Positions 50,428 to 62,940 of a DNA stretch of 64,000 nucleotides are shown in pieces. A program made the translations under genes and the position numbers. The stretch is from Moniliella sp. 'wahieum'. Its lineage: Eukaryota. The notes beneath the pieces are model-generated. The model searched no databases, was not told the origin of the DNA, and saw nothing but the letters and a program-made list of their open reading frames with translations. Each line of letters begins with the position of its first letter. Position 1 is the stretch's first letter. The stretch spans positions 620,001 through 684,000 of the forward strand of contig RSEE01000015.1 of NCBI GenBank assembly GCA_003971905.1, written 5' to 3'.

Positions 50428-51400
50428 CTAATAGTACGGCACGGCCACTGTAGGCCGGTAATGGCCATGCCAGCGGCGATCCATATCATACCTATTCATC
50501 CCGGGGCGCGACGGATACGCGTATTCTGGGGCCCGAGACCAGCCATTCAGTAGGGGCGTATCATACTGCAAGTCGTATGTTTCTGAAGGCGAGGGTGGGC
50601 TGGCGGACGTAGCTGAGGGGAACGATGGCGGCACCCTTCCCCCGGGGGTGGGAGGAAAAAGGGGCGTTGCAGACGAGTTGGGCAACACAGAAGAGTAAGC
50701 CTGTTGCTGAACCTGTTGGGTCTGCTGAAGCGGCGTTTCTTGGTGCGCTCGCGATGAGATTCGTATGTAATACCGGAAAAGGCGAAGATAGCGCGTTGTT
50801 CTCTCGTTAGCGGTCCCCTCCTCATCAATGTGTCATTCGTAGTGCAGGAACGATTGCTCGAGATACAACGACTGCAGGGCGCTTGGCGATCGCATCTGAT
50901 GGTGGCACATGGGTTAGGACGAGATTTGAGGCAACACAAGAAGAGTATACTTACTTGACCTTGCGCCGTCGACATTCGTCACACGCTGGTTGCCCTTCGC
51001 TTGCGCCTACTCGCGGACGTAACGAACGCTGAAGGTCGATAGAGTGGACCAGATTGGCAATGTAAGCTGCACGGCTTGGATCTTCCACTGCACTCAGTGG
51101 TCCTCTGGTTGCCGAAGTATGATGTGCAGGAGGGCCAGGGAGAGAATCGTGCCGCGTTTGCACATTATGAAAATGAGAAGAGCCCCATTCAGAAACAGCG
51201 TGCTGAAGATGTTGGGCTCGTCCGTCGAGAGCTGGTGGTGCAGAAGAGGCGCTTCCCCCTCGTATACGAGCCGCAGCAAGTGGGTGGGCAAGCCATAGGG
51301 GGAGGCGGAGGGGGATGAGCCAACCCGTGGCACGGATTTGTATCTGAATGGGAGCGCTGTGGCATGCGTGATGGAGGCGGGACTGGAGCCGGCCCATGCA
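50428..51400 (-). CDS. Zn(II)2Cys6 transcription factor
   Basis: Splicing intron 50896..50954 (GTAAGT...CTAAC...CAG) gives ACDECRRRKVKCDRQAPCSRCISSNRSC followed by RRGP. A further intron-like segment at ~51468..51524 suggests upstream exons, so the start is unresolved. Confidence 0.85.
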
Positions 51401-54400
51401 AGTCTAGGCCTGAAGGATGATGAGATGCCTCACGATGAGCCGTATGATGGAGTGTCTACGGGCACTTCTGTGGTTAGCCATCTTTCATCATTGGGGATGG
51501 AAACGAAAAGGAGAGTTCACATACGATGCAGGGATGCGGGGTTCGCAGCGGCGCCGAAAGGGAGAAGGCGCATCAAAAAAGAGCCCGCGCAGAGGCGGCA
51601 GTCGAGGACGAGCCACGGACTGCGGGGGAAGGGCGGTACCAAGGGAGGGGTGCATGGAGGTGATGGTTGTGGGAAAGTTGCTCTGAGATACGCTTTCGTG
51701 GCAGCGGCATATGATCTCACACGAGGGGAAGGTCGGTACCTGCAGCGGGAGTACACAAGAAGAGGGGGACAGGGACGCGTGAAGCTGGTGAAGAAGCCTC
51801 GTGACGACCGAATGAACCGAGGGCGAGGTGGTGGTGGAGTGTCTGCCGTGTGTGGTGGAGGACGGGGGCGAAGAGCGTTTGCCGTTGTGGTTGTCGTGGC
51901 AGCTGGCAACCATGGGACAGCATGCGGGCACGTACTGGGCAACCTCTTCTCCGTGGCTGAGCTCAAGCGATTGGCTTCACTTGGAGCACTCAGTCTGCGT
52001 ACACAGTCGCACCAGGACCCACCCGGCGCTGAGACGCAAGTGCGCTGGCTGCTCCACTCTCCCAGTCTCCCGCACGCGGTCGCAATTATCAGTGTGGGGA
52101 GCCCTGGTCGGCCAGATTTGAGTGCACGCACGGGGGCAGCTTGCGTTGCAATCTACTCCTCGGCCTTAGGGCCTCAGGCCTCAGGTACAGTGGCAACCGA
52201 GCAGCAAGCCACAGGAGGCCGTCGCAGGGCACAGTCCCTGGACGCATGGCTCTTTTCCAGCCCTGCATCATTAAACTATGCATCATACATCATCGATCAT
52301 CGTCGCCCAACACTGCCCCCACAGCGGTGCGGATCTGAGATGCGAAGAACGCCCCGGGCGGGACTCTGGCAGTCACTAGTCACTAGTCACTCGTCAGATA
52401 TCACATGTGACTAGGACTAGTGACTAGCGGCTAGTGACTGTCGTAAGCCGTGCACATGCACCCTCCTCGGGCACGGGACAACGTGGTATCGGCAAGCACT
52501 AGAGCACTGCCGCCGATGCATGATGCATGGGCAAACCCATATCGATTAGCGAGTTGTTACGAGTGCATCATGCGCCATGCATGATGTTTGAAGGCTGTCT
52601 GTCTGCCCCAGTGGATGCGCACTGCCATGTGTGGGCGTATCAAGCATGCGGCTGTTTTAAATGATTCACGATTGCCCGCGGGACGGTACCAGCTGCTATA
52701 GGCTGCTACCTGCTGCTACGGCAGCGTGAACTCCACACACTCGTGCCATGCGCGGCAGATACCGTGTGGTTTTTTTTGCGCAGAACACGGCAGTGGGGCC
52801 GGACGCCTGAGCTTTCGGTACGTTTTTGCTATTCACACTCCTGCAAACAAGAGCTACTCGACTCGCGGAATCGAGTCGAGAACAATGCTCTCTTGTCCCA
52901 TCTCCCACAGTGGGGACGTACCACACAGCTTCTTCACCGTGGCCATAATTGGGTCTGCCACAAAGTTGACCTCCTCTGTTGTTGTGAAGCGAGACTTCAT
53001 GTCGAATCGGAGGCAACAGGTGTGTAGGCATTTTATCGTCTCGTTCATCTCGCTCTCACGAACATCATATAGGAAGGTGCGAGGGAGAGGCCGATGTGCA
53101 CGCCGGCCCGGACGAAGGGTAAATCCGCCTGAGCACCATACTCCCATGCCTTTCTTCCGCTTCAACGCCTATTCGATCTGGGGTAATGCATGCCGCTAAT
53201 GGGGAAGGTAATGTGCAGCCTCTCCATATAATAGCGGATGGGAGTTCTCCTGTTCCACACGCTTGCGTTTACTCCCGTTGTCGATTCGCGCCATCTTTTC
53301 CTCTCAAATCCGACCGTAAACTCGATCGAGTCGTCCTACAGAGACATTGGGTCTTTCTCCCTTCAAATGATGAGGTGGGCAGATGCGAACTGCAAGAATC
53401 AGACCTGCATCTTCCTCGTGACCTCCCGACGATCTGGCTGTGTCCTCGTCATTGACGATGATGACACCAACGAGCACGCCGATCCCCGCGACAAGCAACT
53501 CGTTCTCTGGCACCCGGGCGGCGCCTCAGCCTGACGGGCCCAAAAAGAGGCTCACCGCCACACCGCCATCGTCGCCGTGGCACAGGCATTCCAACAGCAG
53601 GTGACCTTCTCCAACACTCTCCTCCACTCCTTGTTCCACTTCCTTCTGCAAATTTACCGTTTGCCCGCCGGCGCTTTGATGGGCACCAATGCCTCCGTCA
53701 CCACGCGGGCCCAGCCAGCTGAGACCGATACGTTTTGCGCCGTTGAGACTCAGCTTGTGGATGTATGTTAAGTATTCCCCTCCGTTCTGTTTGATCTTTG
53801 CCGATAAACGACGCCGATGCTCTTCTCCCCTATCTTCACAGAAGGTCCGCACTCAAGTGACTGTCAGGGCCACCTTACTTCCTCCCCAAATGGTCGGCAC
53901 TGAGGTCGTCCGCGCTACCTCACCCCCTTCTTCTTCTCCCAAATGAGACCGACACCGGGTCGGTCGAATCCCCCTCACGCCCTCGTACCGCAGGAGTTCC
54001 CACCCCCCTGCCACCCCCAACATGCACAACCGGTGGTCCACTGGGACCCCGCAATTGGGTTTGGACCGTCCCAAAAAAACCCGTGTGGGCGCGCCTCCCA
54101 GCGGGCACCCAGGCTGAAAAACAGAAGATGGACACGCCATCTGGCACGGCGAAGGGGGGTTAATGGCTTTACACTGTTGGCGCCTCTCTTCCCACTTTTC
54201 TTAAATACTGATCGTACTTTTGCACGGACTTGTCCTTGCTCTTCGTGATAACTTCACAGGTACCTTGACTCTGTCTCCCTTGTCGCCGACGAAGGAGCGA
54301 TAACCTCCGATCTCTATCGTTTCTGACCGGGTTCAATGTTCCCAGAGTTGGCTGTCTGCGCTTATAAGAACCATGAATGTGGGGTTTCCGGTCAGCTATA

Positions 54401-55430
54401 CGCATAGCTTTGACATCGCATGTTGACCATCTCCGATCAGAAGGGGTAATCCTGTGGGGTTCGACGTACTGTGGCGGATTGTTGGGAGCGCATCAGGTAG
54501 GGATGGGGATATAGGCGGAAGTTATGCGTACAGTGAGCTCGTCTCACTTACTTGGCTACGCGGCACTACAACTGGTGTCCCATCAGACAGCGGCGGAGAT
54601 GACACTCGCACACTGGCAATTGTGTCCAAGAAAAAAGTGCATCCACCACGGATGTGTGCCACAGGATGTCTCGCGCGTTTGGCGCCCCAGTCTCTTCAAT
54701 CGATCCTCGGGCCTAGCAGTTCCTCTGTTTTTTCGCTTCTGCCTTTTAGTATCGGTTCCACAGCCAGGCCCCGTGGCGACTTGCTTATCCCCACAGGGGG
54801 AGGTGGTGGTGGGCAAAAGTGAGCACAATGAATGATACAAGCGAGCCAGTCTCCAGCTGGGGCACGGATCCGACTCCATTAGATGAGGGGCACAACTGGA
54901 TCAACTTGGGTGCTCCAAAAACCGAAATGCATGTTGAAGTGGCCAATGCTGGAGATCGATGACCTCCAAGGCCGCCATCGAGCGTCACGCGTCACGCGTC
55001 ATCGATTTCGAGGCGCTGGGAAGCCGAAAACGTGTCGCACCCTGTGGCAGCGGCGACTTTTTTTGGTCCTCCAGGGCCGAAAAGTGCCCCGAGGGGCAAG
55101 CGGAATGCGGTGAGCGATGGATGATGCTGGGTACTGCTACGACCGACAAGCGATAATCAGTTCCATGGCGTGCTGCACAGGACACTGGCGCTGTGCTGCA
55201 CTATATAAGCAGCGGCTGCCGGAGAAGCCCTCCCGCCGCGCACGTGTACCCGCATGGCGCCAGTGTCATCTGCGATTTTGCCTATCCCCCGCACGGCGCC
55301 AGCAGTGCCCTTTGTCCGCCGCTTTTCCGCGTCTTCTCGGGCTTGCGAATGGAGTAGACCAGGCTATATAAGCTTGGCCCCACGTGGCTGTCCTGCTCCT
55401 TCCACCAACCATTCTTCCCGCGTCTGCAGC

Positions 55431-57820
55431 ATGGTGTACGTCTCGCTCCTTCCCTACCCTCTCCCTTACATCATTGCAAGCTCCTGAACTCATGGACTGA
55501 CCTCCCTCGCAATGTCCCAGCACTTCTACTGTTCTCGGTTTCCCCCGCATTGGCCCGCAGCGCGAGGTCAAGAAGGCTCTCGAGGCCTTCTGGAGTGGCA
55601 AGACAAACGTCGAGGAGTTGCTCCAGGTTGCCAAGCAGCAGCGCCTCCTGACCTACGAGATCATCAAGAACCAGGGCGTGGACTTGATCCCCACGGGTAC
55701 CTTCTCGCTTTACGACCACGTCCTTGACAACTCGCTCGTCTTCAACGTGATCCCCGAGGCGTACGCCAAGTCGGGTCTCAACTCGCTCGACACCTACTTT
55801 GCGCTGGCCCGTGGCCACCAAAAGGATGGTGTTGATCTTCCGGCCACCGAGATGCGCAAGTGGTTTGACAGCAACTACCACTACCTCGTGCCTGAGTTCA
55901 CTCCTTCAACCGACTTCAAGTTGAACGATCTCAAGCCGGTTAACGACTTTGTTGAGGCGAAGGAGGCTGGGTACAATGCCCATCCCGTTCTTCTTGGCCC
56001 CATCACTTTCCTTTACCTCGGCAAGGCCGGCAAGGGTGCCTCGGAAGATTTCAAGCCCCTCAGCCTTCTCCCTAAGCTGGTCCCTGTTTACGCCGAGCTT
56101 CTCCAGAAGCTTGGCGCGGCTGGCGCTTCTTCGGTTCAGATTGACGAGCCTGTGCTCGTCACTGACGATGCTGCTGCCCTCGCCGACGAGTTCAAGCAGG
56201 TGTACACTGCGCTCAACAAGGCTGCGCCCAACGTCGCCCTGACGCTCACCACCTACTTCGGCGCCTCGACTCCAACATCAGCTTTGTCAAGGACCTCCCC
56301 ATTGCTGGTCTCCACATTGACCTCGACCGCGACGCGCTCCCCAGCAGCTCGAGCCCATCGTTGAGGCTGTCGCCCCTACCAAGATTGCTCTCTCGCTTGG
56401 TCTTGTTTCGGGCCGTAACATCTGGAAGACCGATCTGGCCGCTGCGCTCGAGAAGGCCAAGTATGCTGTGGAGAAGCTTGGCGCTGACCGTGTCGCCGTC
56501 GCCAGCTCATCGTCGCTCCTGCACACTCCCATTACCATTGCCAACGAGAAGAAGCTCTCTCCTGAGGTGCTGGACGTTCTCTTTCGCCACTGAGAAGGCT
56601 GCTGAGGTTGCTACCCTTGCACAGGCTCTCGCCAACCCCAAGGAAGCCGAGGCTGCGTTGGCCAAGAATGCCACCTCGATCAAGGCTCGTCGTGACTACG
56701 AGAAGAACTCGGACCCTGCTGTGCGCGAGCGTCTGGCCGCCATTAAGCCCTCTGATTTGGAGCGCAAGTCGCCTTCACTACCCGTGCTGCGTTGCAGAAG
56801 AAGCATCTCAACCTCCCCTCTTCCCCACCACCACCATCGGCTCTTTCCCCCAGACCAAGGAGATTCGCCAGGTGCGTGCCAAGTTCAACAAGGGCGAGGT
56901 GAGCCAGGAGCAATACGACCAGTTCCTTGAGAACGAGATCAAGGATGTGGTCGAGCGCCAGGAGAAGCTTGGCCTTGACGTGCTGGTCCACGGTGAGCTG
57001 AGCGTAACGACATGGTTCAGTACTTTGGGGAGCTGCTTGACGGCTTTGCCTTCACGCAGAATGGCTGGGTGCAGAGCTTCGGTTCGCGCTACGTTCGTCC
57101 GCCCATTGTTGTGGGCGATGTGTCGCGCCCCAAGGCCATGACGGTCCGCTGGTCGGTCTTTGCCCAGAGCGTGACCAAGAAGACGATGAAGGGTATGCTT
57201 ACCGGCCCCGTTACCATCCTCAACTGGTCTTTCCCTCGTGCCGATGTGGGCAAGGATGTGCAAGCGCTGCAAATTGCGCTCGCCCTGCGTGACGAGGTGG
57301 CCGACCTGCAAAAGGCGGGCATCAAGGCCATCCAGGTCGACGAGCCTGCCATCCGTGAGGGTCTCCCACTCCGCCATGCCGACTGGCAGGCCTACCTCCG
57401 CTGGGCAGTTGACTCGTTCAAGCTGGCAACGGCTGTGGCTGACGACGATGTCAACACTGCGTCGCACTTCTGCTACTCGGACTTTGCCAACCCGGCGGTG
57501 ATGCAGGCGATGATTGACCTGGACGCCGACATGCTCTCGATTGAGAACGCAAGGCTGGTGCCAAGTACCTTAACGTTGGAAGTCGATCCACTACCCCAAC
57601 GAGATTGGCCCTGGCGTGTTTGACATCCAACGCCTCGTGTCCCGACCAAAGGAGGGATTGCTGCAGCGAATCAAGGAAAACGCTCTTTTCCTGTCGCCTG
57701 AGCAGCTCTGGGTCAACCCCGACTGTGGGCTCAAGACGCGTACTTGGCCGAGTGCGAGGCGCACTGGCCAACATGGTCACGGTGCCAAGGAGGCTCGTGC
57801 TCTGTTCGCAACAAGAATAA
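55431..57820 (+). CDS. MET6: Cobalamin-independent methionine synthase
   Basis: ATG GT / intron 55436..55520 / gives [69 protein letters not shown]-like boxes at ~55202 and ~55365. Confidence 0.97.
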
Positions 57821-58576
57821 ACGTTCTGTTTGGCTTACCCTTCTCATTCTTCCTCCCTCCCTCTCCCTCTCACATGCATGATATTATGAGGCTACTTCAA
57901 CACAGTGGCCGAACTTGGGACTTGCTCAACGCATGGCCCCACGTGCCCTATTCCTCTCACATTGGCACTCACTTCCCCTTCCCCCATGTACTTCGCATCC
58001 CGCTTTTGTTACGTTTTCAACATCTGTACTCTGGCTCGTTCAACAACGCACTGTCGTGAAAATATCCACATCTCCACCATCGGTCTTGCTGGGTAACTAA
58101 TACCGTAGATGGACTTCAAAGCCTGAAGAGCATTATAGGCGATGGGTGTGGGTACTGTCGACAATCATTATACCTGCAACTAGTAGCCACACCCGATGTG
58201 TGGGAGGGCGGAGGTTTTCAGCGACACGGAATGGCTGAAGCTTGAAGCCTGACGGTGCGACACGTTGTGACACGTGAGGAGGGCTTGGGCCTCAGGCTCA
58301 GCAGGGCTATACTACCACCTGGCTTTGTTAGCTTCCACGCTCGCGCTCATCCTCGCTTCTTGCATCATGCATCAGTATCTCACCGTATCAAGACCGGCTA
58401 TTAGCGGCAGTGGCCGGTGTGCGGAGATTTGATGTGAATCAAAGACCCGCCTCCCCGCACCGCGCACCTCGCTGCGGTTCGCCCGGATGGACGCGGGGGC
58501 ACTCGGGTGCGGGCCAATTATTTTCTCCAACCCGATCCACACCTCCACCATCTCCCCCCCGCTTTCCCTCGTCGCC

Positions 58577-59542
58577 ATGGATAACGCCTCTCTTTTCGCC
58601 AAATCAGCTGCTGCTGTTGCTGCCACTACCACTGGCCCTACGGCCGCTGAGTGGCTCTCCCGTGCACTCGGCTGGGGGTACGTTTCGCTCTGGGCAGTGT
58701 CGTTTGTGCCACAAATTGTCCACAGCCACCGCCGGCGGACATGGCTGGCGTGAGCAGCGATTACTTGTGGCTCAATGTGGTGGCGTTCGCCTGCTACTTT
58801 ATCGCAACCGTTGCGCTTCTTGAGAGCCCGATGTGCGGCGCGAGTATGCGGAGCACCACGATGGCCATCTACCGATTGCACGTTGGAATACGCGGTCTTC
58901 GCTGTTTGGGCCTGGCTGTGCGCGTTGGTTCAACTGGCCCAGGCCTGGATGTTCCGCTCGACGGCGAACCGTGTGTCGCAGCCAGCACTGGTAATGCTGG
59001 TGGTCATGGTAGCTACCCTGGTGCTCGGTGCGCTGATCACCCCGGTCAGCGCGGAGCGCTATTGGACCTGGTTGGGTACGTGGATTACATGGGCTTCCTC
59101 AAGTCATACTTACCCTCATCAAATATATGCCCCAAGTCTTGCTCAACTACCGCCGCCAGTCCACCGAGGGTTACCATGTTGCCAACGTTGGCTCCGACTT
59201 TGTCGGTGGCATTTTGTCTTTGCTTCAACTCTTCCTTGATGCTGCCATTACAGGTGACTGGAGTGGCGTGGTAGGAACCCTGCCAAATTGTGCGTACTCT
59301 TTCGCATTTTTTTTTCTCTTGCCTATGGAGCGCGCACTGACCTAGCATATGCTACCAGGGGTACTGGTGTTATTACACTTTTTATGGACGGCATTCTCAT
59401 CCTCCAATGGGCGCACTACGACAAGGTTCCTGAGACGTCTGAGGAACAAGATTCTGCACCTCCGCGAGACGAGGAGGAGGCAAGCTGGTACGATCGGCAA
59501 GCAGAAGAACCTTCAGAACGGACGACGCTTCTTTCCGGGTAG
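58577..59542 (+). CDS. Cystinosin/Ers1-like PQ-loop vacuolar transporter, copy 1
   Basis: LGWGYVSLWAVSFVPQ, second PQ repeat PQVLLNYRRQSTEG, DFVGGILSLLQL, C-terminal EPSERTTLL; intron ~59290..59358. Confidence 0.88.
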
Positions 59543-59872
59543 CCTCCCCAAAATACGCCCAGAAGGAAGCAACATTCAGCTTCAGTTCAGTTCCACTTCA
59601 TTCCCACTTCAGATCAAGCACCGGCCCTAATAGCTTCAAGGCTTAACTTTCCTATATGGCGAATGACTCTTTCTGGTTAGTCCGTATGCAGCCTTTTTCC
59701 TCACGCTGTACCCATTGTACTATACTACGCTTTCAACTGTGGCCTTCTTAACCCTCATGGTCACATCAAGCATGCAGACAGGAGCCAGGGGGAAATCGAT
59801 GGTCTGCACTGGCGTTTGGCGTTTGGCGAGAGGGGGAGTGAGGGTAGCGCATAGCGATTGGAATGAGTGGGA

Positions 59873-61419
59873 TCATGGGTCCAAGAGGCCACCGCTGGCA
59901 TGTGGTACGGACAAGATCCGCATGCTGTTCGTGGCGCCCTGCCCGGCTCGCCAGCCTTGGAGAGCAATGATAGTATCACCTCGATCGAATGTTGGAATCT
60001 AAGCCCGAGATGATGCCAAACTTGATCGACCACATCTTCTTGCCACTTATCGGTCGTCGAAGGTCGGATCGCGTCGTAGTAAAACGGGTAACAGCCGCGA
60101 AAGGTGCACCGAACGGGCTGTCTGGGCATTGCGAGTGACCACCAAAATGGGACAGGATGGTCTGTACTTACTCACCAAGCGCGCTGTATTGCCCGAAGTA
60201 GACATGAGCAGAATAGCCCCGGCCTGTTGCTCTAGTGATGCAGCGACGGCCGCCATGGCCATCGTCTCTTCGGTAAAGGTAGGCGTATGTACCATTTGCC
60301 GCAACTCCGAAAAAAGTGCAGTGTAGGCAATGCTCTGCTCGGCCAAGTATGCCGTCTCGGCCATCATCTCCACCGCCTCGCTTGGGTACGCCCCGGCCGC
60401 GGTTTTCGCCCGAAAGCATGAGGCAGTCAACCCCATCCAATACCGCGTTTGCCACATCACTCACCTCAGCGCGGGTGGGGCGGTTGTTGTCAATCATACT
60501 CTCCAGCATCTGTGTGGCACAGATGCTGGGCTTGCCAGCGATCGCGCATTTGGCGATCATCATCTTTTGGCACTGGAACACTTGCGGCCACGAATTTCAA
60601 TGCCCAGGTCCCCGCGGGCAACCAAGATGCCATCGCTTCCTTGAGAATTGAGTCAAAGTTTACCACACTTTGATACGTCTCGATCTTGGCCACAATCTTG
60701 ATGTGCACCCTTGCTCCCAGGCTGTCACGCAAATCACGAATGTCCTGAGCGCGGCGGAAAGGAAGCAAAGATCATATCTAGATCATGGTCGACCGCAAAC
60801 TGGATATCCTGGTCCCGATCGCTCCAAACAGGAAGGTCCACTTCGACAAAGGGAAGCGCCACCCCCTTGTGGCTGCCCAGCACGCCACGATTCAGCGCAC
60901 GCACCCGCACCTCGGTGGGAAAGTACGGGCGTGATCTGGAGTGCCAGGGCGCATGGTCGACGTAAACGACGTCCCCCACCTGCATAACCTGGGTAAGGGA
61001 AGGGTAGTCAATGAAAATGCGCTCGGCCGTGCCGGCGTGGGAGAAGCTGGGGTCGGTAGTGAGAAAGATTCGTGGCCGCGAAGGATGGGGACGTCGCCAT
61101 TGCGCATCCCCGTGCGGATCTCAGGGCCACGTAGATCCAAAGCAATGGCAAGCGGGCGACCTTGTTGTCGAGCCTCGGCAGCGCGGATGTTGTCATGTGG
61201 CGGACAAAGTCGGAATGCTGGCCATGGGAGGCGTTGATGCGGACAATGTTCATGCCGTTCTGTCGGGAGCGCCGCCAGGGCGTCGACTGAATCAACGGCG
61301 GGGCCGACAGTGGCAATGATGGACGTCTTGCGGATATTTCCGGGGAATACATCCATTTCAAGCGGGTCCAGGCTCGCCTGCCACTCGATCTGGCTCTTGG
61401 CCAGCGGCTGGTAGAGCAT
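59873..61419 (-). CDS. Pyruvate kinase (divergent in several motifs)
   Basis: [49 protein letters not shown]...[37 protein letters not shown]. Confidence 0.93.
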
Positions 61420-61773
61420 GACGAAAGCAGAGGTGATCGATGAGCCGCGGTTGGTGGAGGCAAATGCTGGGGGCGGAGCCAGAGCGGACGACCGCGGCGG
61501 CTAAGGCCACTTGAACGTTGCAAGTGAGCAGTCACGTGCCGGGCGGCGTACGATGAATGACGCCATCGACCGGCCACGCGGTCACCAGTCACGCCGTTTG
61601 TCGATTGCAGCCTGAAGCGGCCCACCCAGTTATCAGCGACTCGACGCAGTCCTCGTTTCGCCGCGGCCCTCGAGCGCCCACAACGCCTTTCTTTATAGGG
61701 GGCTCCCCTTTCGCAGCTTCAAGCTTCGAGGTTGACACCCACCGTCACCGCCGTCGCCATATTCCCCGCGCCC

Positions 61774-62687
61774 ATGGATGTCCTCGTAACCGAAACTGCT
61801 CTGGGTGGCGGACGTGCCGCTGCCGAGTGGCTCTCTCGTGCCCTCGGCTGGGGATATGTGACGCTCTGGGCCGTGTCGTTTGTGCCCCAAATCCTCCACA
61901 GCCAACGCACCAAAACGTGGCTGGCGTCAGCAGCGACTTTATCTTTCTCAACGTGACTGGCTTTGTGGCGTACTTGTCTGCCACACTGGCGCTTCTGGTC
62001 AACCCACCGTCCGCCGCGAATACGCCGAGCGGCACAACGGCTTCCTCCCTTTGGCCCGGTGGAATGATGCAGCGTTCGCGGCTTGGGCCTCCCTCTGTGC
62101 CTTGGCCCAGTTGGGCCAGGCAGTCGCCTTCCGCCAGACAGCCAACCCCGTGTCCCGATCGACAATTCTCCTGTTAACTGTTCTGGGGGTGGTGCAGTGG
62201 GTGGATTACTGGCTACGGGCACAAGCGCCGAACAGTGGTGGAGCTGGCTGGACTATGTCAACTTTCTCTTTTTTGTCAAGCTCATCATTACCCTCATCAA
62301 GTACATCCCCCAAGTCGCGCTCAATTACAAGCGCAAGTCGACGATCGGTTACCGTGTTGAAAACCTGTTTGCCGATCTGGGCGGAGGCCTGCTGTCGCTT
62401 GCTCAACTCGTACTCGATGCTTTCATCGAGGGCGATTGGAGTGGCATCACTGGCCATCCTGCCAAGCTGTATGTCTTGATTTCACTCTCTTGGAACCTAC
62501 GCTAACTTTTGGGCCTCGCTTTTGCGCATTCAGTGGAATTGCGCTTATTGCGCTCGGGATGGACGGCATTCTTATTACCCAATGGGCTACTTACGATAAG
62601 AAGCCCCCCGGCTTTGCCGCGTCTGACGAAGAGGCGAGCCCAGGAGAGCCTACTGAACGCACGTCGCTTCTTCCCGACCGCTCATAA
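61774..62687 (+). CDS. Cystinosin/Ers1-like PQ-loop vacuolar transporter, copy 2
   Basis: LGWGYVTLWAVSFVPQ, KYIPQVALNYKRKSTIG, DLGGGLLSLAQL, GHPAKL, C-terminal EPTERTSLL; intron ~62469..62533. Confidence 0.88.
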
Positions 62688-62940
62688 CTCATCTCAGCCT
62701 TGCATTGGCTTGTTCTTGTTGCACATTGCTACATCTTAACACCAGCGCTTTGAACGCGTTTGTCGGTGGTGGCATGAACGCCCAGGGTCTCTGCTGTACT
62801 ACGACTGCCATGCCAATCTCCTGAGGGATGCCTTCCTCTTCTAGACACATAGACCCCTTCCCTATTCCCGATACATGCACTTTACATCGTGACCGACATG
62901 GAGGATATGCATCGCAGGTAGAGGCCCTGGTGGAGGGGAA

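Noticed and set aside
51338..52414. 358-aa plus-strand ORF
   Set aside because: No recognisable domain, non-ATG start, and it overlaps the likely 5' region of the minus-strand Zn2Cys6 gene.
55381..55386. CACGTG as a Cbf1-type sulfur-regulon site for MET6
   Set aside because: It lies downstream of the proximal TATA-like box, lacks the TCACGTG context, and CACGTG is common across this window.
23486..57820. Programmed ribosomal frameshifting or mass pseudogenisation
   Set aside because: Frame breaks affect nearly all genes including essential ones, with no shared slippery motif; sequencing indels explain this more simply.
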